Made by a program: the position numbers and the translations under genes
Shown here: piece by piece, positions 27,618 to 40,959 of the stretch
How positions within the stretch are numbered: position 1 is the stretch's first letter
Layout: every line of letters starts with the position of its first letter
The notes under the pieces: model-generated
Database searches by the model: none
Seen by the model: only the letters and a program-made list of their open reading frames with translations
Told to the model about the DNA's origin: nothing
DNA from: Eledone cirrhosa
Taxonomy: Eukaryota
Assembly: GCA_964016885.1 (NCBI GenBank)
Contig: OZ024742.1
Coordinates: 106,082,001-106,146,000, forward strand
DNA length: 64,000 nucleotides
Reading direction: 5' to 3'

Positions 27618-29482
27618 TTATTACTTATAGTTTGTCTTATTTTGTGCACGTGTGTATATGAAAAATATTACTTGACACCTGTCACAACTTGCAGTGTTCT
27701 GTATAGAAATGTATCATATGCTATGACACAATTTTTATGACTTATATCGTCTCGTGCCATTCAATGGATGTACTTTGATATATATTATGTATTACTTCGC
27801 AATAGCACTAACATAGCGTGATTCATAAGAGAGGTGTATACGAAAGTATATGCAATACGTTTATGCATATTAAACATATATGATGGTATACAGCGTTTCT
27901 TGGGCATTTTATACCTGGCGGAGTCCCTCTCTCTGCGCAGTCTAAATACAACCTCCGAGAGAAAGAGAACGTGGTTGAATGGAAATGAGAATGAGATATG
28001 TAGGAAAAGTCTGTTTTCATCAAACTCAAAATGATAAAAGGGCAAGTTGACCCCCGCGGGCTTTGAACTCAGAGCCGAGAAGGCCGAAATGGATAACATA
28101 GAGCAATCTACTCACCTATACATTACTCAATATGGTCATCCCTGAAATAAAAACATTGCACGAGGCTTTAATACTTTATTTGGGAAATAAACAATGATAT
28201 TAATATTTTGCAAATTTCATATATGGTTTGCTTACTTGCTGCCACGTGCCCTAAATGAATGCCAAGTTAGAGGTAAAGGTTAACAAGAGAACACTGAATG
28301 CAAACATACTGATGCTGCTCAGCTTCTATGTTGTCACGTGTATTGTGTGTGTGTAAAACAAATAAAAAATTTGTACAGAACCCGAGAGTAACATAATACA
28401 AGGAAATACTTGTTGCTAGGGGTTTGACTATGAAAATATATGTTTAAAGCAGTTAAAGAGTTGAGGTGATTAATTACAATTTAAAAGGATGAAAACTGTT
28501 CTATTTCTAGGGAGAATTAACAGAAGAAGAACTATTCAAAACATAGTCTGTATAAAATAGAACTTTACAGCAGGAATCTTGCTGATTCGGATGTTATTTT
28601 TTTCTCGAATTCTCTAAAGAGGATTTGATTCCATATTTGTCATAATTTGTGCCCCTGATACATCGCGGATCCGAGATGATGGTGCTACTGTCTCAATTCT
28701 CCCTAGGATTGTTAATTATTACATCGTAGTTGTTTTGTTTTGGACTGAAGTGAAGCGTTAGCAGATGAGAAAGTTTTTCTTCGTATTAAAAACATTTTCC
28801 TTCAAGATACGTTAAAATGCGAGTTGGGTCGATATATCCGAAAAAATATCCCTTAAAGCTTACGGCTGGTTGAGACATTGGAAGACTTAGTAGTATGTTT
28901 AAAGACAGATTGAAAAGTTCGTAGTTGCTATCGTAAAATAACTGTAGAATAACGTACAAAATTGTTAATGAGTTTGTAAACAATGCACTGCTCAATCAGC
29001 TAAAATATGTAAATATGTGCTGTTCAATGAGAAAAACTGTATTTAAGGAGACGTTGTGATTATATGTTTGAAAGTTGCTAATTGTAGGCTGCTTCGTGGT
29101 TGTTCAATCAGAAACTTACGCATTTCCGCGAAACCTGGATGTTACCCACTGTAGGCTCGGCTGAACGTTGGTGCCCCTGTCCCCAGTTATAGAATCTTAA
29201 ATGGAGGTTTGATGGAAGTTTGATTAACAATAATGTATTACATGTAATTTTTGTCTTTTATTCCCTACATAACCACAAAAAAAAAAAAAAAGATCTTTTC
29301 AGAGGAAATTGCTAAACATTCAATTACAATTACATAGCTTGTGGTTTCTGAAAAGAAATTTGAGATGAAACGGATTCAGCAAGGAGTGTAACAAATCTTA
29401 ATTTATAAGATCAACCACGAAAAACTTTACACAATATTTTCAAGTTTTACAAACTTATTTGTATTTGTGTGTTGTAGTAAAT

Positions 29483-29570
<88 letters not shown>

Positions 29571-30154
29571 GTACATTTTCTTAGTCGGAGAGACAAATGT
29601 GTTCAAAGTTTCTGATCGATTAAAAATAACACACATGGCAAAAGAGTAAAACCAAACTATTGTCTACATTAGATTGCCTCACTTTTTAAAAGGCGGTAGG
29701 TTTCGATTCGAAGGAGATTCAGTTATAATTTCTAGTAGGTCGTGTGACTACGTAGAAGCTTCTTACTGGCTCATTGCTGCTAATTGTGTTATTGTTAACG
29801 CTGCTAAAACTGCTGCTACTGCTGCTGCTGCTGCTGCTGCAGTGACTGTTAGTTATGAAGAAAAAAGAATTGTGCCGGTGAAATCGGTGGTGGTCTTTAC
29901 TTTCGGGATGGAGCTTACACTGGAAGTTGAAAAATGCTGAAGTAATTTATTGGACGAACATATGCGTAAAAATTAAATTAAACACTTAAACCAGTTTCTA
30001 GCCTGGAGACATGGTTTTTGTTTCCCCCTACTACTACAAGTAATTGTACTAATACTGATGCTACTGCTGCTGCTATTACTACTACCATCAACACTACTAC
30101 TACTAATACCACAACCAACACTACTACAACTAATATAGTTTTTTATATTAGCTT

Positions 30155-30352
30155 GTGGATTGGCAGATTCGTTGGAGCACCAGACAAAATGCTTTGCAGC
30201 ATTTAGTTACTAATTTTCGCGCTCTGAATTCCAATCTCGCTGAGGTCATCCTTACGGGGTCGATAAAATAAAGTGCCAGTAATGCACTGGGTCGATTTAA
30301 TCGACTTTCCCCTTCCCCCAAATTGCTGGCCTTCTGCATAAAAGTAGAACCA
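30155..30352 (+). mobile_element. SINE family A copy
   Basis: GTGGATTGGCAGA..CATCCTTACGGGGTCGATAAAATAAAGTGCCAG..AAATTGCTGGCC. Confidence 0.75.
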
Positions 30353-30369
30353 CTTATTACTAGTAGTTG

Positions 30370-30643
30370 ATGTCATAGTGGTATGGGTGTTGGACTTACG
30401 ATCATAATGTTATGGGTTCGAATCCTGGGCTGGGCTGCCTGTTGTGTTCTTAAGCAAAAAACATTTCAATTCACGTTGCTCTAGCATGCTCAAATGAAAA
30501 TAAATACCATCAATAACTAGGGGTCTAATCCTGCTATGGACTGGCGTCCTGACCAGAGTGGAGTCTTGTACTCTCAGTCGCTTCACGCCACGGAGATCGG
30601 GGTAAGCACCGGCCTGATGAGCCTCCGAGCTCGAGACAGACTT
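30370..30643 (+). mobile_element. tRNA-derived CORE-like SINE
   Basis: B-box GGTTCGAATCC at ~30416, CORE-like GTGTTCTTAAGCAA, and a 3' part running into a (TAG)n tail. Confidence 0.6.
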
Positions 30644-30736
30644 AGTAGTAGTAGTAGTAGTAGCAGTATTATTATTATTATTATTATTATTAGTAGTAGT
30701 AGTAGTAGCAGCAGCAGCAGCAGCAGTAGCAGCAGC

Positions 30737-30810
<74 letters not shown>

Positions 30811-30888
30811 TAGTAGTACTAGTAGTAGTAGTAGCAGCAGCAGTACTAATAGTAGCAGTAGTAGTAGTAGTAGTAGTAGCAACAGCAA
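30643..30888. repeat. Compound (TAG)/(CAG)/(TAT) trinucleotide microsatellite
   Basis: Direct reading. Confidence 0.95.
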
Positions 30889-30915
30889 CATAGATGTTAA
30901 TATTACTTTATACTA

Positions 30916-31365
30916 GGGCGGCGGATTGGCAGTATAGGTAGAGAGTCAGACAACATGCTTTATAGCATAGAGTTACGCCCGTTTACGATCTGAATTCAAA
31001 TCTTGCCTTTCAACCTTACGGGGTTACAAAATAAAGTACCAGTAAAGCGCTGGGGTGGATTTAATCGACTTTCCTCCCTTCCCCAAATTGCTGGCCTTGT
31101 GCCTAAAGTAGAAACCAATATTAGTTTATACTATTACTTGCTTCTCTGAGGATTGGCAGTATCGGTAGAGGGTCGTACGCCAAGCTTTGCAGCACAGAGT
31201 TCCGGCCCTTTATGATCTGTCTGAGTTCAAATCCTGCCGAGGTTAACTTTGCCTTTCATCCTTTCGGGGTCGATAAAATAAAGTACCAGTAATGCACTGG
31301 GGTCGATTTAATCGACTTTCCCCTCCCCCCAAAATTGCTGGCCTCGTGTCTATATAAGAAACCAC
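30916..31365 (+). mobile_element. Two tandem SINE family A copies (30916-31118, 31148-31365)
   Basis: Best-preserved copies: GAGTTCAAATCCTGCCGAGGTTAACTTTGCCTTTCATCCTTTCGGGGTCGATAAAATAAAGTACCAGT. Confidence 0.85.
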
Positions 31366-31599
31366 TCTTATTTGCTTCCCTACTTTCTGGAGATTGCGAT
31401 ACGTGTTGAATGTGGCAACTGTGAGAAACAGACACATATACACCCAGACACTCCCACTACTATTTCCCTAAATTATTCCAGTCTACCTATTTCTCTGTCT
31501 TTATTTTTGCTTTCTCTTTCTCTCACTCTTTGCAATGCTCGTGCATAGGAACCCACCACCATGTATTTCTCTTCTTGCTCTCTTACATAGAGACATATG

Positions 31600-31631
<32 letters not shown>

Positions 31632-31673
31632 CATGTATGTATGTGTATACACACACAGACACACACACATATG

Positions 31674-31706
<33 letters not shown>

Positions 31707-31744
31707 ATGTGGTGTGTGCATTTATATATATATGTGTGTGCATA

Positions 31745-31814
<70 letters not shown>

Positions 31815-31836
31815 TGTATATATGAATATATATATA

Positions 31837-31922
<86 letters not shown>

Positions 31923-31972
31923 TATGTATAAATATATATGTATGCATATATATATATATATACATATGTATA

Positions 31973-32009
<37 letters not shown>

Positions 32010-32140
32010 GTAGCTTGAAACAGCTGGATACTAAATATACATATATATATACACATTCAAGGATATGTATGTATGCATACGTAAGTACATACCTATGTAT
32101 ATGTGTGCATATATATATATATATATAAATTATATATATA

Positions 32141-32197
<57 letters not shown>

Positions 32198-32904
32198 TAT
32201 ATATATATATATTTATATATATTTATATATATATATACGTATGTGTGGCTTTCTGTCATATGTTCACTAGTGGAACACATGATATGCTTCAATGTGACAT
32301 CTCTGAGCTCGCCAATCATGTTATACAAGTACAGCTACATTGAATATTCTGCTCAATGTTAAACAGGGAGGTTCATTCAGGCAGCGATGCGTAAGCAAAC
32401 CACTTGTTCGTAACGAAGAGGCAGATTTAAACACTTCCATTCCAATATCCACCGACGCCATGGAGTTTAAATCGGCGTCGTCTTGATGACGTTAAATGCT
32501 CATGTGGAATGGACATCCGTCGGTTTCGATTATGTGAGTTACCGTTTTTTTTAAATCAATGCTGAGCAGTCTACAAACACGTGTACGCTTTACGTAATTC
32601 CCTAAAAGATTCAATGTGACACATTATGTGTAACAGGGCTGGCTAGCTGGCCTTTTGAATTAAATACAAGTCATTCTCCCTGGCTGGCCCGAACTGGAGA
32701 AACGTGACATAAAGTGTCTTGCTGGAACACTCGTTGTCAGAACCGAGGGAGGTTCAAAACACACACACGCAAACACACACACACACACACACACGCACTT
32801 TGACATATTTTTCTTGTTTTTGTTGATATTGCTTCTAAACACCTTATCACTCGTGTGACTAAATACTAGTGTTAAAGAGTATGTGGTAATTTTAAATAAA
32901 GGTA

Positions 32905-33515
32905 GGTACCACAAGGAACCACAAGAAACCACAAGGTACCTCAAGGTACCACAAGGAACCACAAGGAACCACAAGGTACCTCAAGGTACCACAAGGAACC
33001 ACAAGGAACCACAAGGTACCACAAGGTGCCACAAGGAACCACAAGGAACCACAAAGAACCACAAGGAACCACAAGGAACCACAAGGTACCACAAGGAACC
33101 ACAAGGTACCACAAGGAACCACAAGGCACCACAAGGAACCACAAGGTACCACAAGGAACCACAAAGAACCACAAGGTACCACAACGTACCACAAGGAACC
33201 ACAAGGTACCACATGGAACCACAAGGTACCACAAGGAACCACAAGGAACCACAAGGTACCACAAGGAACCACAAAGAACCACAAGGTACCACAATGTACC
33301 ACAAGGAACCACAAGGTACCACAAGGAGCCACAAGGTACCACAAGGAACCACAAGGAACCACAAGGTACCACAAGGAACCACAAGGAACCACAAGGTACC
33401 ACAAGGAACCACAAGGTACCACAAGGAACCGCAAGGAACCACAAGGAACCACAAGGTACCACAAGGAACCACAAGGAACCACAAGGTACCTCAAGGTACC
33501 ACAAGGTACCTCAAG
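32905..33515. repeat. 10-bp minisatellite (ACCACAAGGW)n, about 60 units
   Basis: Strict 10-bp period with GGAACC/GGTACC variants and no indels. Confidence 0.95.
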
Positions 33516-33562
33516 CAGAAATCCTATATTTCAGTTTCAAGAAGAGAAGGGGAAGATCTGTT

Positions 33563-33758
33563 CGAGGGTCAGTTGAAATGTTTGTAGGCTGACTAAGATA
33601 CTCTCATGGAATGACTAAATGAGGTTTATTTTTCAACATAGTCCCTAGAAAGAAACAATGCAGTTATCAATAAGAAGAGTTGAAATTGATGCAATGCAAG
33701 ATTTCACAGCTCTAGCATTTTTTCTTCTTAATCAGCCTATGAACTTTTCAGCCCACCG
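33563..33758. mobile_element. Mariner-type MITE
   Basis: Imperfect TIRs CGAGGGTCAGTTGAAATGTTTGTAGGCTGACTAAG and CTTAATCAGCCTATGAACTTTTCAGCCCACCG|TA. Confidence 0.65.
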
Positions 33759-34515
33759 TATATTGTTATCTAGAAGTTGTGGTTGTAGTGAAGGACAAAA
33801 GAATGTAGGTCGGGAGTTTGATCTTGGTTTCTAAACTGAGGAGAGTGAATGTTTGACATGCGCAACAATAATGTTAAGTAGCGACATAATAGCTGTGTCT
33901 GTGTGTGTAACAGTGTGTGTGAGCATGTCAGTGTGTAGGTGTGTGAGAAGGAGGATCAAATTGGATGAGTGAGTGTATGTGTTTACATCAGATGCCAAGA
34001 CGCGTACACCGATCAGCGAACACAGATACATAGTTACATTGATTGACACACAGATAAATACACACACACATCTCTAGGCTCTCTCTCACACACACACGCA
34101 CACTCACTTTCTCTTTCTCTCCCTCTCTTTCATTCTTTCTTCCTCCCTATCTCTTTCTCTTTCTCTCTCTCTTTCATTCTTTCTCTCTCGTTCTCTTTCT
34201 CCCCCCCCCCTCACACACACACACACACATGCACACATATACATCGTTCCGCTACTTGACATTCTCGTTGCTCATGTCCGACATTTCAACCTATCACCCA
34301 CTCGAGTGAGCTACATGCTTTCATATTCCACCAGGGATAAATATTTATAAATATAAAGAGTGCATTGTTTCTAGTAACATATGATCTCAGATCTGTGGTA
34401 CTGAATGATATCACGTAAAACATGCTAATTACGACTTCCATAAACTCCACCGTTAAGCAGACCAATGTCTACCGCTATTGTAACCACAAGTAACATTTCA
34501 TTGCCATATATATGC

Positions 34516-34549
<34 letters not shown>

Positions 34550-34637
34550 ACATTAAGATAAGCAGAACAAGCAAAATTCAACCAATTTTTTAAAATAAAT
34601 TAAAAAATATAATTTAAATATTTACCTATCCTTTTCG

Positions 34638-34717
34638 CCCTTACCGATCGGTTTCGCTTTGTAAAACACCAGAAATCCAATGGATTTCTAATGTAAAATC
34701 AAAGTTCATCAGAGAAG
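34638..34717 (-). ncRNA. Type I hammerhead motif with extended stem II
   Basis: CTTCT-CTGATGA-A-CTTTG..AGAAATCCA(T)TGGATTTCT..CAAAG-C-GAAAC-CGATCG-GTA-AGGG, in a ~250-bp insert between (TA)n tracts. Confidence 0.75.
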
Positions 34718-34796
34718 CATTTTCCTTTCCTAGGGCTAAAGACCCAGGAACGATAAAATATATCGCCATCCGCAAGCTAGCACAGATCTAATGAGG

Positions 34797-35133
<337 letters not shown>

Positions 35134-35173
35134 GATATTAACAAATGGAAACTATATTTATAAAACCATATTT

Positions 35174-35236
35174 ATTTCATTATACATATTTCAAGGACAC
35201 CAAGTTAAATTATGGTGTGCTTTCATCAGACAAAAT
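35174..35236 (-). ncRNA. Type I hammerhead motif
   Basis: ATTTTGT-CTGATGA-AAGCACACCA(..)TGGTGTCCTT-GAAAT-ATGT-ATA-ATGAAAT, in a ~190-bp insert between (TA)n tracts. Confidence 0.7.
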
Positions 35237-35317
35237 ATAATATAGATCAGTTTTATAAATAAATATTGACATACCCTTAAAAAAATGCAACCATTACTGT
35301 TGGAAGCTCCCGGATAG

Positions 35318-35355
<38 letters not shown>

Positions 35356-35356
35356 C

Positions 35357-35443
35357 TCACTCGATATGCAAATTAGGCTGCTCAGCCGTTAATATGCATA
35401 AGGAACGTTCAATCGACTGACAGGAAGGTATACGGTGCTGACG
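35357..35443 (+). mobile_element. PLE family P1 fragment, truncated inside the hammerhead core
   Basis: Reverse complement of ~4885-4980, ending at CGGTG-CTGACG. Confidence 0.7.
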
Positions 35444-36405
35444 TTTTCTAAGAGCCAAACGCAACTGTTCAACTGTTATATTTTTCCATATTTGTTCCTC
35501 AAGGTGAGATGTATCTTTCATTTGTCTGTCTATCCATGGGGCATGTATATGATGAACTTTTTCTTCGGCCCAGATCTTTTCCCAGAATTCTTGCACTTCC
35601 TCCTTGGGTGGTATTGATTTAGCAGTTATTGTTGACTTGCCAATTATTCTGTAGAAGTTTCTTTGGTTGTTTTTGAACATATTATTGTCCTTATAGAATC
35701 TAGATCGTTTTTCAAAGCGCCTTATACGAGCAGCTTTGGCCGACACTTTTTGCTTGATTATTTCTATCAGCATGTCTATGTCACTTGTTGATTTTATACT
35801 GTATTTTCTTTTCAATTTTCTAAGTTTAGTTTGTTTAACATGTTCACCTACTTTGTAGTTTGTTAAAATTGCTATGTCAGATCGGAGAAGGTTTATTTGG
35901 CGATTGATGTTCTCTTGCCAAGTAGATTTCTTGTGGGAATTCCTTTGTTTTTTTCATTTTCACTCCACATAAGTGAGTGGTGACTTTAGCCGATGCATAA
36001 TAGAGATGATTTAAATCAGTAATGTTTAGTTTGTTTGTGATGATAATATTTTTGAGAATTATGTTAGTCTTGTGTATTATCTTTTGGTTCTGTTTGGAGT
36101 TCTGGATCTTAGGGAGAGTGTCTCGTTCCCCCCTGTCAGATTTTCATTTTCATCCATTAGATCATAATTTCATTCTTCAAGTTGGCAAGTTCATTCTCAT
36201 TCATTTCTTTATCATTTACGATCTCATTGTTTTCATTTTGAGTTTCATCTTGGGCATGCACTCCCCCCACCTTTTCGATCCTTTCTTTAATTTGTTCTGT
36301 TGTCAGTGATTCCACCCCAACCCTGGGATTCAAAGTGTTACAATTTACCTCGTTTTCACTGACACATGTTTCATTTTCCCTTCGCTGACTTTGTGCTAAT
36401 AGCTT
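35444..36405 (-). pseudogene. Internal relic of an R4/Dong-like retrotransposon ORF (region upstream of RT), divergent AT-rich family
   Basis: RIRRFEKR..NNMFKNNQRNFYR..PPKEEVQEFWEKIW..APWI..ITVEQLRLALRK, the motif block that precedes NWKxPGPDG in R4-clade ORFs. Stops and frameshifts upstream. Confidence 0.7.
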
Positions 36406-36441
36406 AATTATTATTGTTATATTTAATATTATTATTATTAT

Positions 36442-36908
36442 TGGCGAAAGAGATAGTATGGTGGACACGTTTGAAAGGGCTGAAGACGAGCACTTACCTC
36501 TTTGGTGATGCCCTATTTGACTTTTTCAAATTTCATTTGAAAAGGAAAATCAGGGTAGAGAGGGAAGTGCTCTCTTCCCAGCATTTTGTTGAAAGATGGG
36601 TGAGAGAAGCAAGAATGTCCCGAGTGAATGGGCCTACTCTGAGTATGTGTCTGTAAATTAAAGGTGGAAAACTGGGAGAGGGCACTTGCCCTGGTGGTCA
36701 GGGTCACTGTGGCCTTTTAATGGGCTTTCTCCACAAATGTTCCTCCGAAGTCTCCCCCCTATTGGGGAATTTTTCATTGTTATTTTTTTGTTACATCCTC
36801 TGTTTTTTGTTTTTTACACGCAGAAATGCCCATTTGTACCGTCCTGTATTGTCCTGTACTGTCCTTAATGTCTACTTTGTGTAAACCCTTGTGGTTAATA
36901 AAGAAAGC
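36442..36908 (+). mobile_element. 5'-truncated Tx1-like LINE (older subfamily), flanked by (TTA)n
   Basis: Matches the ORF2 C-terminus and 3' UTR of the full-length copies, with diagnostic differences. Confidence 0.95.
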
Positions 36909-36938
36909 ATTATTATTATTATTATTAATATTATTATT

Positions 36939-37754
36939 CTGTGAGTCTCAGTCATTGATGTTATTTAACTGGAAAGTTTGTTGAAATGAATATCAAGCCA
37001 CTACCTGCAGCCTCAGATATTCAGGGCGTATCGGGGGGGGGGGGGGGGTTCTTGCTGTTCCCAGCAAGCATGCCTTTTGAAGTGTTCCAAAAAGCGGGGC
37101 GGGACTAATTTTCTTTAACCATCCTTGGAAACTCTTTGAGATAGTACCTAGTCGCCTATGACAATCGGGACCACTTTGACACATGGCAGTTCCAAATCCT
37201 TTTTACCCCCCCCCCCCCACACTTTAAGTCCTGGTATCGGTTAATTTACTCCCTCTCCTTTTCTTGCACTCTCGTGTCAAATGGGCGGGCTACATCTACA
37301 ATCAGGCACGATCTCTTTTTCTTGTCCCAAACCACCAGGTCAGGCCTATTGTGTTCCAGCTTCTTATCCGTCTGTATCCTAAAATCCCATAGCACCTTCA
37401 CCTGATCGTTTTCTATCACCGACTCTGGCTTATGCTCATATCACTTCTCAGAATGTGGTAAATTGTTTACTTTGCATAGGTGCCAATGGATCACCTTGCC
37501 TATCATATCATGCCTCCAGCCTTTATAGTGAGTCTGGGCTAGTTGTTTACACTCGGATACAATATGAGCCACAGTCTCCTCTCTCTCTCCACAGATCCTA
37601 CACAGTGGGCTAGCCTCCTCCTAGTAAATATGGTGTTTCAGCCTCTTCGTTTTGAGGGCCTGCTCTTGTGCAGCCATTATCATTCCTTCTGTAGCCTTTT
37701 TAAGGTCTCCTCTTTTCAACCAGTTCCATGTCTGTTGATCTCTAAATTCAGTTT
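36939..37754 (-). mobile_element. 5'-truncated, degenerate R4/Dong-like element
   Basis: Homologous to 38739-39537, with frameshifts; TTA repeats on both sides. Confidence 0.9.
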
Positions 37755-37773
37755 ATTATAATTATAATTATTC

Positions 37774-38671
37774 GTTGAGATTTTCGTCGAGGCCTAGAGT
37801 TTCCCCAAGTACGTCGTCGCTCTTCCCCTCCACTAATCCTCTATAGAACGCCGAGGTGGAGTTTCCACCGATCACATTGCCCGATTGGTCGAGGGCTGTG
37901 AGCGCCTGAAGACATTCCAGTCTCCAAGCGCTCCCTCTCGGTCTTCGCTTGACCCTGGCCTGGCAGTGCTACCGAGGAGCCTTGCCAGTTCGGGATAAAC
38001 TCTACAGGCATGGAGGTGCCGTCAGCCGAGCATGTCCGAGATGCACGCAGGGCGACGAAACCGTCCTGCACGCACTCGTCCAGTGTCCGAGAATTGCTGA
38101 CTTGTGGGTTTATGTCGAACACCTGCTGTCGCGTGTAGGACGAATCCGGCTATCAGCTGAGTCCATCGTGAGGATTGCCCCGCCCTCTTCCTTTAGCCGG
38201 GAAGGGCAGGCAGTTTTTATCTGTCTGGTGGCCATGGCGAAAGAGATAGTATGGTGGACACGTTTGAAAGGGCTGAAGACGAGCACTTACCACTTCGGTG
38301 ATGCCCTGATTAACTTTTTCAAATTTCATTTGAAAAAAAAAATCAGGGTAGAGAGGGAAGTGCTCTCTTCCCAGCATTTTGTTGAAAGATGGGTGAGAGA
38401 AGCAAGAATGGCGTATGTGTCTGTAAATTAAAGGTGGAAAACTGGGAGAGGGCACTTGCCCTGGTGGTCAGGGTCACTGTGGCCTTTTAATGGGCTTTCT
38501 CCACAAATGTCCCTCCGAAGTCTCCCCCCTATTAGGGAATTTTTCATTGTTATTTTTATTACATCCTCTGTTTTTGTTTTTTACGCGCAGAAATGCCCAT
38601 TTGTACCGTCCTGTATTGTCCTGTACTGTCCTTAATGTCTACTTTATGTAAACCCTTGTGGTTAATAAAGA

Positions 38672-38674
<3 letters not shown>
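37774..38674 (+). mobile_element. 5'-truncated Tx1-like LINE with 5' inversion
   Basis: 37774-37955 is the reverse complement of ~46070-46230. 37955-38674 is forward from ~46290 to the 3' end, followed by a (TTA)n tail. Confidence 0.9.
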
Positions 38675-38726
<52 letters not shown>

Positions 38727-38738
38727 GTTATTGTTATT

Positions 38739-40959
38739 CCTTGAATCTCAGTCATTGATGTTGGTTAACTGGAAAGTCCGTTGGATTGAATATCAAGCCA
38801 CTACCTGCAGCCTCAGATATTCAGAACGTATCGGAGGGTTCTTGCTGTTCCAAGCAAGCATGCCTTTTGAAGCGTTCCAAAAAGCGTGAAGGGGCCGATT
38901 TTCTTTAACCATCCCTGGAAACTTTTGGAGATAGTCCCCAGTGCGCCTATGACAATCGGGATCACTTTGACTTCATGGCAGTTCCAAATCCTTTTCACCT
39001 CCCACTTTAGGTCCTGGTATCGGTTAATTTTCTCCCTCTCCTTCTCTTGCACTCTCGTGTCGAACGGGCAGGCCACATCCACAATCAGGCACGATCTTTT
39101 TTCTTTGTCCACAACCACCAGGTCAGGTCTATTGTGTTCCAGTTTTTTGTCCGTCTGTATCCTAAAATCCCACAGCACCTTCACCTGATTGTTCTCCATC
39201 ACCGCCTCTGGCCTATGCTCATACCATTTCTCAGAATGTGGTAGATTGTTTACTTTGCACAGGTGCCAGTGGATCACCCTGCCCATCACATCGTGTCTCC
39301 AGCCCTTATAGTGGGTCTGGGCTAGGTGTTTACACTCGGACACAATGTGAGCCACAGTCTCCTCTCTCTCTCCACAGATCCTGCACAGTGGGCTAGCCTC
39401 CTCCTTGTAGATATGGTGCTTCAACCACTTCGTTTTGAGGGCCTGCTCCTGCGCAGCCATTAGCATTCCTTCTGTAGCCTTTTTGAGGTCTCCTCTTCTC
39501 AACCAGTTCCATGTCTGTGGATCTCTAAATTCAGTTTTCTCAAAGAAGGTACTATGAAGGGGTTTTCCCTTAAGGCTGCTCTTCCTCCTTGATGTTATTT
39601 CCTCCCTGGACATCCCCTGGCCTACTGTCCCCTCCTTCAGTACAGTTCTGAGCATTGGCTCCTTACTATAGGTCACGTATTTGTATAGGTTGTTTTTCTC
39701 CATCTGAACACAGTCCTCTATGCTGATAAGACCTCTTCCACCCTCAGATCTCCTTAGGTAGAGTCTATCGACATCACTCCTCTTGTGGAACATGTTGTAG
39801 ATAGTCAATAGCTTCCTAGTCTTCCTATCCATTTCTTTCTGTTCAGCAACATTCCATCTCAGAATTCCCGCACTGTACCTAATAATAGACACAGCTCGGG
39901 AATTTACTGCGCTTATGGCATTTCTGCTGTTCAGATGTGACTTCAATACGCTCCTTACTCTCCGAATGTATTCAGTTCTTAACAATTCCTTCATTTTTTT
40001 GTTCTTTATGCCATCAGCCTCCAGAACGCCCAAATACTTGTATCCTTCCTCAGAGTCAATTTCCTTTATCATCTCACCTGTTGGTATCTGGATCCCGTTA
40101 CTTCTGCTCAACCTACCCCTCTTCATCACAATGACTCCACATTTACCAATACCAAACTGCATACATATATCACTGCTGAAAATACGGACAGTGTCAACAA
40201 GCACATCCAACTCCTTCTCACTTTTCCCGAAGAGCTTAAGATCGTCCATGAAGAGGAGGTGATTGATGGTAAGCTCTCCCCTTCCCAACTTGTATCCTGC
40301 TCTCACTTTTCGCAGCATAATGGTCAAGGGCATCAGGGCAAGGACAAACAACAGAGGGGACAGGCTATCTCCCTGGAAGATACCTCTCTTGATCTTCACG
40401 CTTCCCAAGGATACTCCAGTTGATGTCAACTCTGTCTCCCAGGACCCCATACTCCTGCCTAGCAACTGTCTGATGTTATCTGCCACCCTGAAGATCTCCA
40501 GGCTTTTGGTGATCCAGGAATGAGGCACCATGTCAAATGCCTTTCTGTAGTCTATCCATCCCATGGCAAGATCAGTGTGTCTCCTCCTGCAATTCCCCAT
40601 TACCATCTTATCAATAAGCAACTGGTCCTTTGTACCACGTGACTTCTTTCGGCATCCTTTCTGTTCGTCCGGTAACAAGTTGTTTGTGTGGAGGTGATGG
40701 TAGATTTCCTCAGACACAATGCTCGTCAACAGTTTCCACATTACGGGCAGACATGTGATAGGTCTATAGTTGGTAGCATCATTACCCTTGATTCGGTCTT
40801 TCATTATCAGAACTGTGGTACCTTTTGTCAACCACTCTGGCACCTCACCCGACACCAAGCAGTCATTGAACATGGCCGTCAGCTTCGGGTGGAGGGATGT
40901 TAGATGTTTAATCCAATACCCCTGCACACCATCTGGGCCTGGTGATTTCCAGTTGGTTA

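Noticed and set aside
30370-30435. tRNA gene
   Set aside because: B box present but no cloverleaf; it is a SINE head.
30612-30640. CTGATGAGC..GCTCGAGAC as a hammerhead
   Set aside because: No GAAA box or valid stems I and III; it lies in a SINE tail.
32883-33592. Repeat ORFs on both strands; CRISPR-like periodicity
   Set aside because: A contiguous 10-bp tandem repeat with no unique spacers and no cas genes, in a eukaryotic context.
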